Shown: positions 1 to 10,047 of the stretch, one piece after another
Position numbering within the stretch: position 1 is the first letter of the stretch
Layout: each line of letters begins with the position of its first letter
Source: an uncultured Acidobacteriota bacterium
GTDB taxonomy: Bacteria > Acidobacteriota > Blastocatellia > RBC074
Direction: 5' to 3'
Assembly (NCBI GenBank): GCA_963796275.1
Contig: CAWCKY010000006.1
Coordinates: 1,024,001-1,088,000, forward strand
Length of the DNA stretch: 64,000 bases
Made by a program: the position numbers and the translations under genes
Notes under the pieces: generated by a model
Database searches by the model: none
Told to the model about the DNA's origin: nothing
The model's input: the letters and a program-made list of their open reading frames with translations, nothing else

Positions 1-2
1 AT

Positions 3-173
3 AAAATGCTGATGCTTGCCGAGCATCTGACCTCGGAACGAAGTGAACGATTACGGAGGCGCGTCCGTTCTGACCTGATCAAAGATCAATGCACCGAGAT
101 CATTGCTCTGGGCGCAGGGCCCGCCATTCCAGAATTCAATCAGAACACGAAGCAGAGAAGATCGAAGACCTGA
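3..173 (+). CDS. 3' end of an unidentified upstream CDS (truncated by window start)
   Basis: Open frame from base 3 ending in TGA 171-173, which overlaps the next ATG (TGATG coupling). Confidence 0.4.
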   Translation, partial: KMLMLAEHLTSERSERLRRRVRSDLIKDQCTEIIALGAGPAIPEFNQNTKQRRSKT

Positions 174-706
174 TGAAGAAATATTTCACCGCCGCTTTTT
201 TTACCGCCTTTTTGGCTGCCGCAAACTCCCAAGCACAACAACCGCCAACGCTCGAACAAATAAAGTCGAAAAAGTTCGTCCTCCAATCGCTCCAGGGCAA
301 ACCGGTCGAACTCAACAAACTGCTGGGGCAGGGCAAACCCGTGGTGATCGATATCTGGGCCACCTGGTGCGGCCCGTGCCGCCAGGAAATCCCGCATCTG
401 GTGCAATTCGCCAAGCAATACGGCAAAGACGGATTGATCATTATCGGTCTGACCATCGAAGACCCGCAGGCAGACCGTAACGAAGTGAAGAACTTCGTTA
501 AACAATACAAGATGAATTACCAGGTAGCCTTCGCGCCGGATGGGCTTTATCAGTTTTTCAGCGGCAATGCCGAGAGATTGCTCATCCCGCAAACCTTTAT
601 CTTCAACGCGGACGGGAAGGTCGTCAGGCGGCTGATCGGTTACAACGAGACCAAGGGAAAAGATTATTTGTTCTCGGGAATTGAACGAGCCCTGGGCATC
701 AAATGA
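173..706 (+). CDS. TlpA/ResA-family thiol-disulfide oxidoreductase, secreted
   Basis: Signal peptide MKKYF...AQA-like; IDIWATWCGPCRQEIP thioredoxin motif; IPQTF cis-Pro loop; start reassigned to ATG 173. Confidence 0.85.
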   Translation: MKKYFTAAFFTAFLAAANSQAQQPPTLEQIKSKKFVLQSLQGKPVELNKLLGQGKPVVIDIWATWCGPCRQEIPHLVQFAKQYGKDGLIIIGLTIEDPQADRNEVKNFVKQYKMNYQVAFAPDGLYQFFSGNAERLLIPQTFIFNADGKVVRRLIGYNETKGKDYLFSGIERALGIK

Positions 707-1347
707 ATGAATCGCAGATAAACGAACTCGCTCAGAAGATCTGGGATTATCACCATCTGAACCATCAATTGGAAAAGAGCGAGATCATCCTTGCGCTGGG
801 GAGCAATGATCTGCGGGTGGCTGAGCATGCGGCTGATCTCTATCTGCAGGGTTGGGCGCCATGGTCGATGTTTTCGGGTAATGCCGGCATGTTGACCAGA
901 GATCGGTTCAGCAATTCCGAAGCGGAGACTTTTGCCGCCATCGCAATCTCGAAAGGGGTGCCGGAGCAATCGATATTGATCGAGCCGGAGTCGACCAATA
1001 CTGGCGAGAACGTGATCTTCAGCCGCCGGCTGCTCGAGCGTCGCGGGTTCGCACCGAAGAGTTTCATCCTCGTGCAAAAGCCCTATATGGAACGCAGGTC
1101 CTATGCGACTTTTCTGAATTTCTGGCCGGGCACCCGTCTGATCGTGTCATCTCCGCTCATTTCATTTGCCGATTACCCGACCGCAGAGTTGCCCAGAGAT
1201 CTGGTCATAAATATTATGGTCGGCGATCTGCAGCGTATTAAAGTCTATCCCCAAAAAGGTTTTCAGATCGAACAGGATATCCCGCCCGACATCTGGCAGG
1301 CTTTTGAGAACCTGGTTGCTCTCGGATATAAAAAGCATTTAATCTGA
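703..1347 (+). CDS. YdcF/DUF218 (SanA/ElyC-like) family protein
   Basis: LALGS, SGN, EAE, IEPESTNTGENV and VQKPYMERR motifs typical of DUF218. Confidence 0.85.
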   Translation: MNESQINELAQKIWDYHHLNHQLEKSEIILALGSNDLRVAEHAADLYLQGWAPWSMFSGNAGMLTRDRFSNSEAETFAAIAISKGVPEQSILIEPESTNTGENVIFSRRLLERRGFAPKSFILVQKPYMERRSYATFLNFWPGTRLIVSSPLISFADYPTAELPRDLVINIMVGDLQRIKVYPQKGFQIEQDIPPDIWQAFENLVALGYKKHLI

Positions 1348-1500
1348 AATAGACAGAGGGGCAGAAAGGCGGATTGTTTTCTCCTTTCCACGCATATCTC
1401 TTATCTCTCTCTGTGGCTGTTCTCTTATCTATGTTATTATTGAGATTGTATTATCCCGAATTCGTTTCTCTTATGTACAACATAAGGCTGAATTACTTAA

Positions 1501-2109
1501 ATGTTATACCCAAATAGACCTCCGGTTCACGCATCGCTTTGCCTCATACTTTTATTGTCCGCGTCAATCTCATTCTCATCATGTTCGAAAGGGAATGTGA
1601 CGGGTGGAGATAATTCGGCGGCTTCTGCCTATAAGAAGCCGTATCCGGCGCCGACTCCGGTCAATACCAAAATCAATGAGCATAGCATTCGCCTGCTCGA
1701 CGGGGGAGAGGCCAAAATCACTGATCTGGTCGGCAATAATAAAGTCGTGCTGGTCAATTTCTGGGCAACCTGGTGCAATCCTTGCAGGGTCGAGATACCT
1801 GAATTGATAGCATTGCAGCAAGATTTCAAAGATAAGGGCGTCGAGGTAATCGGGCTGACGATTGAAGACCCTGCGATGATGCAGGAAGGCGTGAAGGCGT
1901 TCGCTGAGCGGGCGAAAATAAATTACAAGATCGGATTTTCATCTGAGGAGCTGTTTATGCTCTTCAATGGAACCGACCCGCAAAGCGTGATACCGCAGAC
2001 CTTTATTTTCGATCGCAGCGGCAAACTTGTTGACAGGTTAAAAGGCTTTCGCCGAGACTTTCGCAATCGGGTGGAAGGCGCTCTCAATCACGCTCTCAAT
2101 AATTCCTGA
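1501..2109 (+). CDS. TlpA-family thiol-disulfide oxidoreductase, probable lipoprotein
   Basis: [16 protein letters not shown] motif; hydrophobic N-terminus ending FSSC; paralogue of 173..706. Confidence 0.85.
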   Translation: MLYPNRPPVHASLCLILLLSASISFSSCSKGNVTGGDNSAASAYKKPYPAPTPVNTKINEHSIRLLDGGEAKITDLVGNNKVVLVNFWATWCNPCRVEIPELIALQQDFKDKGVEVIGLTIEDPAMMQEGVKAFAERAKINYKIGFSSEELFMLFNGTDPQSVIPQTFIFDRSGKLVDRLKGFRRDFRNRVEGALNHALNNS

Positions 2110-2114
2110 TCTTT

Positions 2115-4591
2115 ATGGACAACCAGCAGAAACAAGCTATCAATATTGAAGATGAAATGCGGCGTAGCTACCTGGACTACGCCATGTCGGTCATCATCGG
2201 CCGCGCGCTGCCTGACGTGCGCGACGGTCTGAAGCCCGTGCATCGCCGCATACTTTACTCGATGAATGAGAAGGGTTTGGTTCCGGGCAAGCCCTACAAG
2301 AAGTCGGCCAACGTCGTCGGCGATGTGCTCGGCGGCTATCACCCTCACGGCGATAGCCCGGTCTATGACGCGATGGTGCGAATGGCGCAGGATTTCTCGT
2401 TGCGCTATCCACTTATTGACGGGCAGGGGAACTGGGGCAGCGTTGATGGGGACTCGGCGGCCGCTTATCGTTATACGGAAGCCAGGCTCACGCGCATCGC
2501 CACGGAGCTGCTGGCGGACATAGAAAAAGAGACTGTCAAATTTGTACCCAACTATGATGAGACGAGGCAGGAGCCGGTCGTTCTGCCGACGCGCATCCCG
2601 AATCTGCTCATTAACGGCTCGGATGGGATCGCGGTTGGAATGGCGACGAAGATCCCCCGCATAACCTGACCGAGATAGTCGAAGCGACGATCCACCTGAT
2701 ACAGCATCCCAACGCCAAAACCGAAGATTTGATGAAGCTTGTGCCGGGGCCTGATTTCCCCACAGGCGGGTTCATCTACGGGCGGGAAGGGATAAAGCAG
2801 GCCTACGAGACGGGGCGCGGGGTCATGCAGCTCCGCGCGCGAGCGGCGATCGACAAGATCGGTCGCGGCTCACTGGAGCGCGACGCGATCGTCATCACAG
2901 AAATACCGTTTCAGGTCAATAAGGCCAAACTCATCGAGGCGATCGCAGACCTGGTCAACAACAAGAAGGTCGAAGGCATCTCGGAGATCAGGGATGAAAC
3001 GGACCGCGAGAGCACGGCGCAGAAGAAGGTCCGCATCGTCATCGAACTCAAGCGCGATGCCGTGCCGCAGATCATACTCAATAAGCTTTACAAGATGACG
3101 CAGATGCAGATCTCTTTCGGCGTCATCAATTTGGCGATCGTCAACGGCCAGCCGAAGGTTTTGTCGCTGTGTGAGACGCTCAACGAATTCGTCGCCTTCC
3201 GCCGCGAGGTCGTGCGCAACCGCACGTTGTACGACCTCAAGAAGGCCAAGATGCGCGCCCATATTTTGGAAGGGCTGAAGAAGGCGATCGACATCATCGA
3301 CCAGATCATCAAGCTCATTCGCGCATCTAAATCGACGGACGACGCGAAAGAGGGGCTCGTCCGGCAGTTCAAGTTTTCGGAGATTCAGGCGCAGGCGATC
3401 CTCGACATGCAGCTACGCAGGCTGGCGGCTCTCGAGCGGCAAAAGATCATCGACGAATATGAAGAAGTCATCAAGCTGATCGCCGAGCTCGAAGAGATAT
3501 TGGCGAACGAGCGGGTTCTCAGGAACGTGATCATCAAGGAGCTGCGTGCGGTTCAGAAGGACTATGCGGACGAGCGCCGGACGCAGATCGTCGATAGCGG
3601 GGTCGAGCTGACGCTCGAGGACCTGATCGCCGATGAAGATGTAGTGATCACGTTGACCCACTCGGGCTACGTCAAACGGACCCCGCTCACGGCCTATCGT
3701 TCGCAGCGCCGCGGGGGGACGGGCAGGAAGGGGATGAGCACGCGCTCTGAGGATGTCGTTTCTCATATCTTCATAGCCTCGACGCACAGCTATCTCATGG
3801 TTTTCACCAGTTCGGGGATGGTTTACAAGCTCAAGGTTCACGAGATACCCGATTCCATGGCCGCGGGGCGCGGAAAGGCGATCGTCAATCTGATCAATTT
3901 ACCGGGGAACGAACAGATAGCAGGCGTCATTCCGGTACGGACCTTCGCCGAGGGACAATACGCGGCGATGGTTACCCGACTGGGGATCATCAAGAAGACC
4001 GAGTTGTCGGAATTCGCCAACATCCGCGCGAACGGCATCATAGCGATGGGCGTGGATGAAGGCGACGAGTTGATTTCGGTCGAGCTGACGAACGGTAAGA
4101 TGAAGATCTTCATCGCCACTAACGACGGGATGGCAATCTGCTTCGAGGAAGAGGCAGTGCGCGACATGGGGCGTCAGGCTCGCGGCGTGCGCGGCATCAC
4201 GCTGCGCGAAGGTGATTTTGTGGTCAGCGTCGTTGCGGTGACCGGCGATGAGCAGATGCTGACTGTCACCAGTAACGGTTTCGGTAAACAGACCGAGCTA
4301 AGTGAATACCGCGTCACCGGCCGCGGGGGCAAAGGTGTGATTAACATCAAGACGACCGATAAGAATGGAAAAGTGATCGCCGTCATGCCGGTGACGAAAG
4401 AGAGTGAAGTGTTGATCATCACATCGCAGGGCAAATTGATAAGACTCGAGGCCGAAAAGATCCGCGCCACTGGCCGGAGCGCTCAAGGCGTTAAATTGAT
4501 CGATACTTCAAGTGGCGATCTGGCTGCCAGCGCTTCGCTGGTCGAGCAACAGACCGGTCAAGTAGTTGTAGAGGCCGAGGCCGAGAAGTAG
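2115..4591 (+). CDS. gyrA: DNA gyrase subunit A (split by a 1-nt deletion in the C-run at 2654-2658, probably a sequencing error)
   Basis: [44 protein letters not shown]; one extra C restores IPPHNL; GPDFPTGG; GyrA-box-like QRRGGTG; C-terminal beta-pinwheel repeats. Confidence 0.95.
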
Positions 4592-4660
4592 TGCCGAGAA
4601 GTAGTAATATCGTGCAATTATACGGCTACCCATCAAATATATTTATAAACCAAGTAACGA

Positions 4661-5557
4661 ATGCTGGGAATGGTGAGTCTCGATCATATTCAATCTCCAA
4701 TAAGCAGAGCATCAGACGGCAAGCGCCTATATTTTTGCCTATTACCGTTTGCCTTTTTCATTTTGCTCTCACTATCCGCCTGTTCACCACGTGCGCTGCT
4801 CGATCAGGCACAAGCCGCCTGGGATGGCGGCGATTATGCGATAGCTGCAGAACGATACGAAAGGTTTCTGAGGGATAATCCGCAGAGCGAAAAAGCGGCA
4901 TACGCGCGGTTCCGCGTCGCCATGATCTGCTATCGCGACCTCAAGCAGTACGACCGGGCGATTCAACATTACATTCAATTCATAGAAGATTTTCCGAAAT
5001 CGTCGGATCTCTTTCAGGCCCGGCTGCGTCTGGCGGAATGCTATGGGTTAAAGCGCAAGCGGCGCGAAGCGATGAATGAATATGAAATCGCTCTGCCGTC
5101 TGCGCCGGATGAGAAAGATAGAAGGCATGTGCGGTTCAGCATGGGAGAGTTATACTACGAGATGGATGAACTCGGACAGGCGCTTGTCGAATATAAAAAA
5201 GCGACGGGCGATTCCGAATACGACGATCTAACCGAACAGGCTTCATTGCGGCTGGGAGGCATCCGCTATTTGAGAAGCGAATACAAAGACGCCATCGCGG
5301 CATACGAGACAGTTGCGATGAACACAGAAGACCCATCGATCCGCCGGATCGCGCGTCTGGCGTTGGCGGATTGCTACGAACGCATGTCACAATATGACGT
5401 GGCAGTGAAATTGCTCGAAGCGACGGAGCCTGATTCCAAGTCGCCTGATTATATACAACAGCGTATTGCGTCTATTCGTGAGCTGCAGCTCCAGCGGAAT
5501 TTGGCAGTTCCATCATCACTCAGGCGTTCGAGAAGATTACAAACGAGACAGAATTAA
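4661..5557 (+). CDS. Tetratricopeptide-repeat lipoprotein (BamD/CpoB-like)
   Basis: Lipobox LSAC; repeated TPR helices (AAERYERFLRDNPQS, AIQHYIQFIEDFPKS). Confidence 0.75.
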   Translation: MLGMVSLDHIQSPISRASDGKRLYFCLLPFAFFILLSLSACSPRALLDQAQAAWDGGDYAIAAERYERFLRDNPQSEKAAYARFRVAMICYRDLKQYDRAIQHYIQFIEDFPKSSDLFQARLRLAECYGLKRKRREAMNEYEIALPSAPDEKDRRHVRFSMGELYYEMDELGQALVEYKKATGDSEYDDLTEQASLRLGGIRYLRSEYKDAIAAYETVAMNTEDPSIRRIARLALADCYERMSQYDVAVKLLEATEPDSKSPDYIQQRIASIRELQLQRNLAVPSSLRRSRRLQTRQN

Positions 5558-5605
5558 CCCGATGCCGATCTTGCCATCATCATCCATTTATACTTGAGGT
5601 TTTAT

Positions 5606-5947
5606 ATGCCGATGTTCAAAAGTCGCCGTCCGATGAAGAAGAAGCCCGCTGGGTCGAACAAATTCAGTAAGGCGAAGACGAAGAAGAAGAGAACTCCGCC
5701 CAAACGGGCCAAGAAGAAAATAGTAAAGCCGCCTCCGCCGAGTATTGAGAGCACGGGGATGGAATCGCTCTATCTCAAGGAGCTGATCGAAGATGAGAAG
5801 ATAGTGGTAGTTGTCTTGAACAACGGCGAGCAGGTGCGCGGTTATATCCGCTACTACGATCGCGATGTATTCAGCATCGGACCCCTCGACGGGGGGCCGA
5901 AGATCTTCATCCGCAAAACGGGAGTCCGGTATTTGTTCGAAGAGTGA
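5606..5947 (+). CDS. Hfq/LSm-like RNA-binding protein with Lys-rich N-terminal extension
   Basis: Sm1-like VVVVLNNGEQVRGYIRYYD and Sm2-like IFIRKTGVRYL; GAGGT RBS before ATG 5606. Confidence 0.7.
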   Translation: MPMFKSRRPMKKKPAGSNKFSKAKTKKKRTPPKRAKKKIVKPPPPSIESTGMESLYLKELIEDEKIVVVVLNNGEQVRGYIRYYDRDVFSIGPLDGGPKIFIRKTGVRYLFEE

Positions 5948-6042
5948 TAGGTGCAAGGTTCGGGTGTGGCGGCGTTCATTGGTCACGTTCATTGGTCAGT
6001 TGATAGTTGAGCGATAATCGACCACGAAGGAACGGAGAAAAT

Positions 6043-6105
6043 GTAGGGCGGGTTTTCTTGCCCGCCTATGTCTGGGAGCAGGGCAGGTAGGGTAACCTGC
6101 CCCAC
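6043..6105. repeat. GTAG-type REP doublet
   Basis: GTAGGGCGGG-TTTTCTT-GCCCGCC followed by the inverted GGGCAGGT-AGGGTA-ACCTGCCCCAC; intergenic. Confidence 0.55.
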
Positions 6106-6123
6106 ATTTTCTGAGGAGAAGCG

Positions 6124-8007
6124 ATGAATTTCAGACTCACCATCTATTTTGCCTGCTTGTTCTCGGCTATCGTACTCATTGTTCCCCCATCGATCGCGCA
6201 AGAAATCCAGATCGCACCGCAGGTGAACGAGCAGGAAGCGGAGGAAGAGAAAAAAGCGCAGGCGGAACTGGAAAGGAAAGCCCTCGTTTTTCTCGAACAA
6301 CTGATCTCGGAATCCACCTCGCTGTCTCTGGCCGAAAATCGTGTCTTCGCCCAGGCGAAAGCCGTCGAACTGTTCTGGAAGCACGACGAAACGCGAGCCC
6401 GGGCTCTTGCTCGCGAAGTGATGAGTCAAATCGTCGCCTTCAATTCCGAGCTGACGCCGGCGATGGAACAAGACACCTCTCTGCCGTCCGTTCAGCAGTT
6501 GCATGTTCGTTCCGGAAACATTGGAGGCATGCGCAATCAGCTTTTGAGCTTCCTCTCGACAGTAGACAGCAAGCTTGCGCTCGAATTCCTGCGCGCGACG
6601 CGGCGACCGAATCCCACGGATCCTCGAATGGGCGGCGATCGCAACCAGGAAAAATATATCGAATATCAACTTGCTGCGCAGGTTGCGGGGAATGATCCCC
6701 AGATGTCATATCAGATGGCGGAAGAGCTGATCAGGAACGGGCTCGATTATCAAGTTTTCTCTATCCTCAACAATTTACGGACCAAGGACCCACAACTAGG
6801 GGCCCGTCTGGCGACCTCTGTTGTGGAAAAGATCAAATCGACAGATTTGCTATCCGGCTACGACAATATCAATTTCGCAAATCAGATGATTCAATATCTG
6901 AAGTCGCAGATGGTTCAGACTACCAATGCGCAGAAAGGCATCGCATCTACGTCGCCCGCGATGCCGGATGCGCAACAGGCATATCGCGATGTGCTGAACT
7001 CCTATGTCAGCGCGGCGCTCAAACTGACCTCCAAGACTCTGGTGAGTCCGCAGGAAGCCGATAAAGGGCGCAATCTTTTGCGGAACATCAAGGGCTATTT
7101 GCCCGATGTCGAAACACATCTGCCCTCCCGCGCTACCGCATTACGCGCCAAGCTGAAGGAATTCGACGATGCCATTTATTACTCTTCTCACGAGAAGTAT
7201 TACATGGAATACAACGAGAAGATGCAGAACAAGTCGTCACAAGAGCTGATGACGATGGCGACCTCCGCTCCGCAAGAGGTGCGAGATTTTATATATCAGC
7301 AGGCAGTGCAGAAAGCGGTGGATAATGGGGATAAGGAGGCTGCTCGGAAAATCGCGAGGGAAAATCTCTCAAATCAGTCATTCGCTAATCAGATCATCGC
7401 CAACAGCGAACGCCAGGCGGCCGAACGCGCGGCCGGCGAGGGAAATTTTGACGAGGCGCTGAGATTGTTAGCCCAATTTGGGTTCGAGCAGGAGAAGGCG
7501 AATACGCTGGCGCGCTGGGCATCATCGGCATCTTCCAGGGGTGACGAGAAGACGGCCCGCCAGTTACTGGATGAAGCCAGGGGCCTATTGGGAGGAAAGG
7601 TGCAGACGCGCCAGCAGATCGATGCACAGGGTTCCATCGCAGTCGCCTACCTCAAGATCGATCCCGAGGTCAGCTTCGAACTGGTTGAGCGCGCTATCGA
7701 GCGGCTCAATGAAGTCATTGCCGCGCAACTGGAGCTGAATACTTTCAATGGAGGCAAGGAAGGCGAGCAATACATGGGATCCGGTGAGATCTCAAATGCA
7801 AACGCGATCAATTTCGGTTACATCGGCCCTGAGCTTATGCGTAAGGATTTCGAGCGGACCGTCAGCCTGCTCGATCGGTGGCAGTTGAAGGAAGCGAAGA
7901 TTATGGTCAGCCTCGGAGTCCTTCAGAACCTGTTGAGCAATCGAAGAGGAATGCACATGAACCGTCGTATCTATGGTACCGCACAACCGCAAATGAGAGT
8001 CCGATGA
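6124..8007 (+). CDS. Secreted all-alpha-helical repeat protein of unknown function
   Basis: GAGGAG RBS; signal peptide; 627 aa of amphipathic helices with DP-turn motifs; no recognisable catalytic motif. Confidence 0.7.
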   Translation: MNFRLTIYFACLFSAIVLIVPPSIAQEIQIAPQVNEQEAEEEKKAQAELERKALVFLEQLISESTSLSLAENRVFAQAKAVELFWKHDETRARALAREVMSQIVAFNSELTPAMEQDTSLPSVQQLHVRSGNIGGMRNQLLSFLSTVDSKLALEFLRATRRPNPTDPRMGGDRNQEKYIEYQLAAQVAGNDPQMSYQMAEELIRNGLDYQVFSILNNLRTKDPQLGARLATSVVEKIKSTDLLSGYDNINFANQMIQYLKSQMVQTTNAQKGIASTSPAMPDAQQAYRDVLNSYVSAALKLTSKTLVSPQEADKGRNLLRNIKGYLPDVETHLPSRATALRAKLKEFDDAIYYSSHEKYYMEYNEKMQNKSSQELMTMATSAPQEVRDFIYQQAVQKAVDNGDKEAARKIARENLSNQSFANQIIANSERQAAERAAGEGNFDEALRLLAQFGFEQEKANTLARWASSASSRGDEKTARQLLDEARGLLGGKVQTRQQIDAQGSIAVAYLKIDPEVSFELVERAIERLNEVIAAQLELNTFNGGKEGEQYMGSGEISNANAINFGYIGPELMRKDFERTVSLLDRWQLKEAKIMVSLGVLQNLLSNRRGMHMNRRIYGTAQPQMRVR

Positions 8008-8099
8008 ACGTGGCGGTTCTTTTGATAGAATCAGGTCGCGCACGACATTCGCGGGTTATTCGCTACTAGATACCTGGATACGGGAAAGGGACTCCAGAC

Positions 8100-9992
8100 T
8101 TATTTCAACACTCCAACCTTCAAATGTGAGCTCAACCTCGCCGATCGATAGATGCGATGAGTAGCCTTCTGGAAATCGGACTCGGTAGCGTGATAGATAT
8201 CCACAAATTTCTGGGGATTGCGATCGACCAGTGGGAACCAGCTGCTCTGCACCTGCACCATGATCCGGTGTCCTGCTTTGAAGGTGTGATGTACATCCTG
8301 TAGATAGAATTTCACTTCAGCCGGTTTATCGGAAACGAAAGGTTCCGGTTTTGAAAAACTGTTGCGGAATTTGCCACGCATCACCTCCGCGCGGACGAGC
8401 ATCTGAAATCCTCTCATATTCGTGTTCTGACTAAGAGCCGTATTTTTCGTATCATCGGCCGGATAGACGTCGATTAATTTCACTATGAAATCGGCGTCGG
8501 TCCCGGTCGTTGAGACGAAAAGATCGGCGGTGATGGGGCCTGCCAGCGTCAGGTCTTCGGTGAGTTGATCGGTTTGGTAGGTAAGCACATCGGGTCGTTT
8601 GGACGAGAAGCGCTGGTCTTCGATCATGTAACCCGTCCCACGGGTTCTGACCTTTTCACTGGTGTAAGGCACCGGGTTGTTCGGGTCGCTGACATACTCG
8701 TCATAAGATTCATTCGTCTCGCTCGGCTCTTCGAATGAGAGCCTCCCGCTCGCGCGCATATAAAGGGAGCGCGATTCGAGCTCTTTCGGTGGCCATCGCT
8801 CGAAATTTTTCCATTCGTTCGATCCCGTGCGAAAAACCGTCGCCTCCGCCATTTTCCCTTCGCCCCTCCCTTTCAAATAGTAGCTAAAGAAGGGAAACTC
8901 TATCTTTTCGCGATACCATTCGGCGGTCTTTGCATTGAAACGAATGCTGCCGAGCGCTGCGCCGGTCCCCTGCGACCACCCGCCGTGGGACCAGGGCCCC
9001 ATCACCAGGAGGTTATTCGTCATCGGATTATTTTTCTCGATCGTCTGATAGATGTTCAGCGCGCCGTAAAGATTTTCGGCGTCGAACCATCCGCCCACGA
9101 TCAGGACGGCCGGAGTGACATTCTTCAGGTGCGGGAGAAGGTTTCGGGCCTGCCAGAACTGATCATAGGTTCCGTGCGCTGTCACGTCGTTCCAGTACTT
9201 GTTCCGCCCCTTGAAATACAGCTTCTGAGCATTCGCAATTGGCCCGAGTTCCATGAAGAATCGATAGGCGTCGGCAGCTCCGAAATCGAAGGTCCGAAAC
9301 TGGTCCTGCGTAGGCCGCGGGCGCGGCATGCCGAATATCATATTGAAGTAGAAACTATCGAAGACGAAGAAAGCGCCATTGTGGTGATCGTCATCGCCGA
9401 TGAACCAGTCTGCGATCGGTGCCTGTGGCGATGCCGCTTTGAGCGCAGGATGCGCGTCAATCAGCGCCGTCGCCGCGTAGAAGCCCGGATACGATATCCC
9501 CCAGATCCCGACGCGCCCGTTGTGGTTCGGGATATTTTTGAGCAACCATTCAATCGTATCGTGAGTATCGCTCGACTCGTCGATATCGCCTTTCGCACGC
9601 TTGTTCGGAATATGGGGGCGGACATCTTCAAATTCGCCCTCGGACATAAAAGTGCCGCGCACATCCTGATAAACGAAGATATAACCATCATCCATAAAAA
9701 GCGGCGAAGGCCCGAGCGATGAGCGGTGCGCTTGACCGTAAGGACCCGCGCTGTATGGAGTGCGGTTAATCAGTATCGGATATTTTTGCGATGAATCCCT
9801 GGGCGTGTAAATGACGGTGAAAAGCTTCTTCCCGTCGCGCATCGGGATCTGGCGCTCCGACTTGTCATAACCCCCTGTCGCCGAGTTTTGGGCGGCCGTT
9901 CGCATCTGCGGCGAGCGGTTGAAGAGAGAAAGACCAAACAAGATGGCGATCGATGCCAGAAAGAGCGCAAAAGATTGGTTGAGTTTCTTCAA
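8100..9992 (-). CDS. CocE/NonD-family hydrolase (alpha-amino acid ester hydrolase / glutaryl-7-ACA acylase-like)
   Basis: RTPYS, YQDVRG, nucleophile elbow WGISYPGF, GGWFDAE, GPWSHG, SSWFPLVDRNPQ; signal peptide. Confidence 0.9.
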   Translation of the reverse strand: MKKLNQSFALFLASIAILFGLSLFNRSPQMRTAAQNSATGGYDKSERQIPMRDGKKLFTVIYTPRDSSQKYPILINRTPYSAGPYGQAHRSSLGPSPLFMDDGYIFVYQDVRGTFMSEGEFEDVRPHIPNKRAKGDIDESSDTHDTIEWLLKNIPNHNGRVGIWGISYPGFYAATALIDAHPALKAASPQAPIADWFIGDDDHHNGAFFVFDSFYFNMIFGMPRPRPTQDQFRTFDFGAADAYRFFMELGPIANAQKLYFKGRNKYWNDVTAHGTYDQFWQARNLLPHLKNVTPAVLIVGGWFDAENLYGALNIYQTIEKNNPMTNNLLVMGPWSHGGWSQGTGAALGSIRFNAKTAEWYREKIEFPFFSYYLKGRGEGKMAEATVFRTGSNEWKNFERWPPKELESRSLYMRASGRLSFEEPSETNESYDEYVSDPNNPVPYTSEKVRTRGTGYMIEDQRFSSKRPDVLTYQTDQLTEDLTLAGPITADLFVSTTGTDADFIVKLIDVYPADDTKNTALSQNTNMRGFQMLVRAEVMRGKFRNSFSKPEPFVSDKPAEVKFYLQDVHHTFKAGHRIMVQVQSSWFPLVDRNPQKFVDIYHATESDFQKATHRIYRSARLSSHLKVGVLK

Positions 9993-10047
9993 TGATTCTC
10001 CTTAAGAATTGGCTCGGAGCCAGGGCTTACCCGCTTGGAGTACCCGA

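Noticed and set aside
2115-4591. gyrA pseudogene, intein or programmed frameshift
   Set aside because: A single missing C in a homopolymer explains the split. There is no intein-sized insert, and both halves are well conserved.
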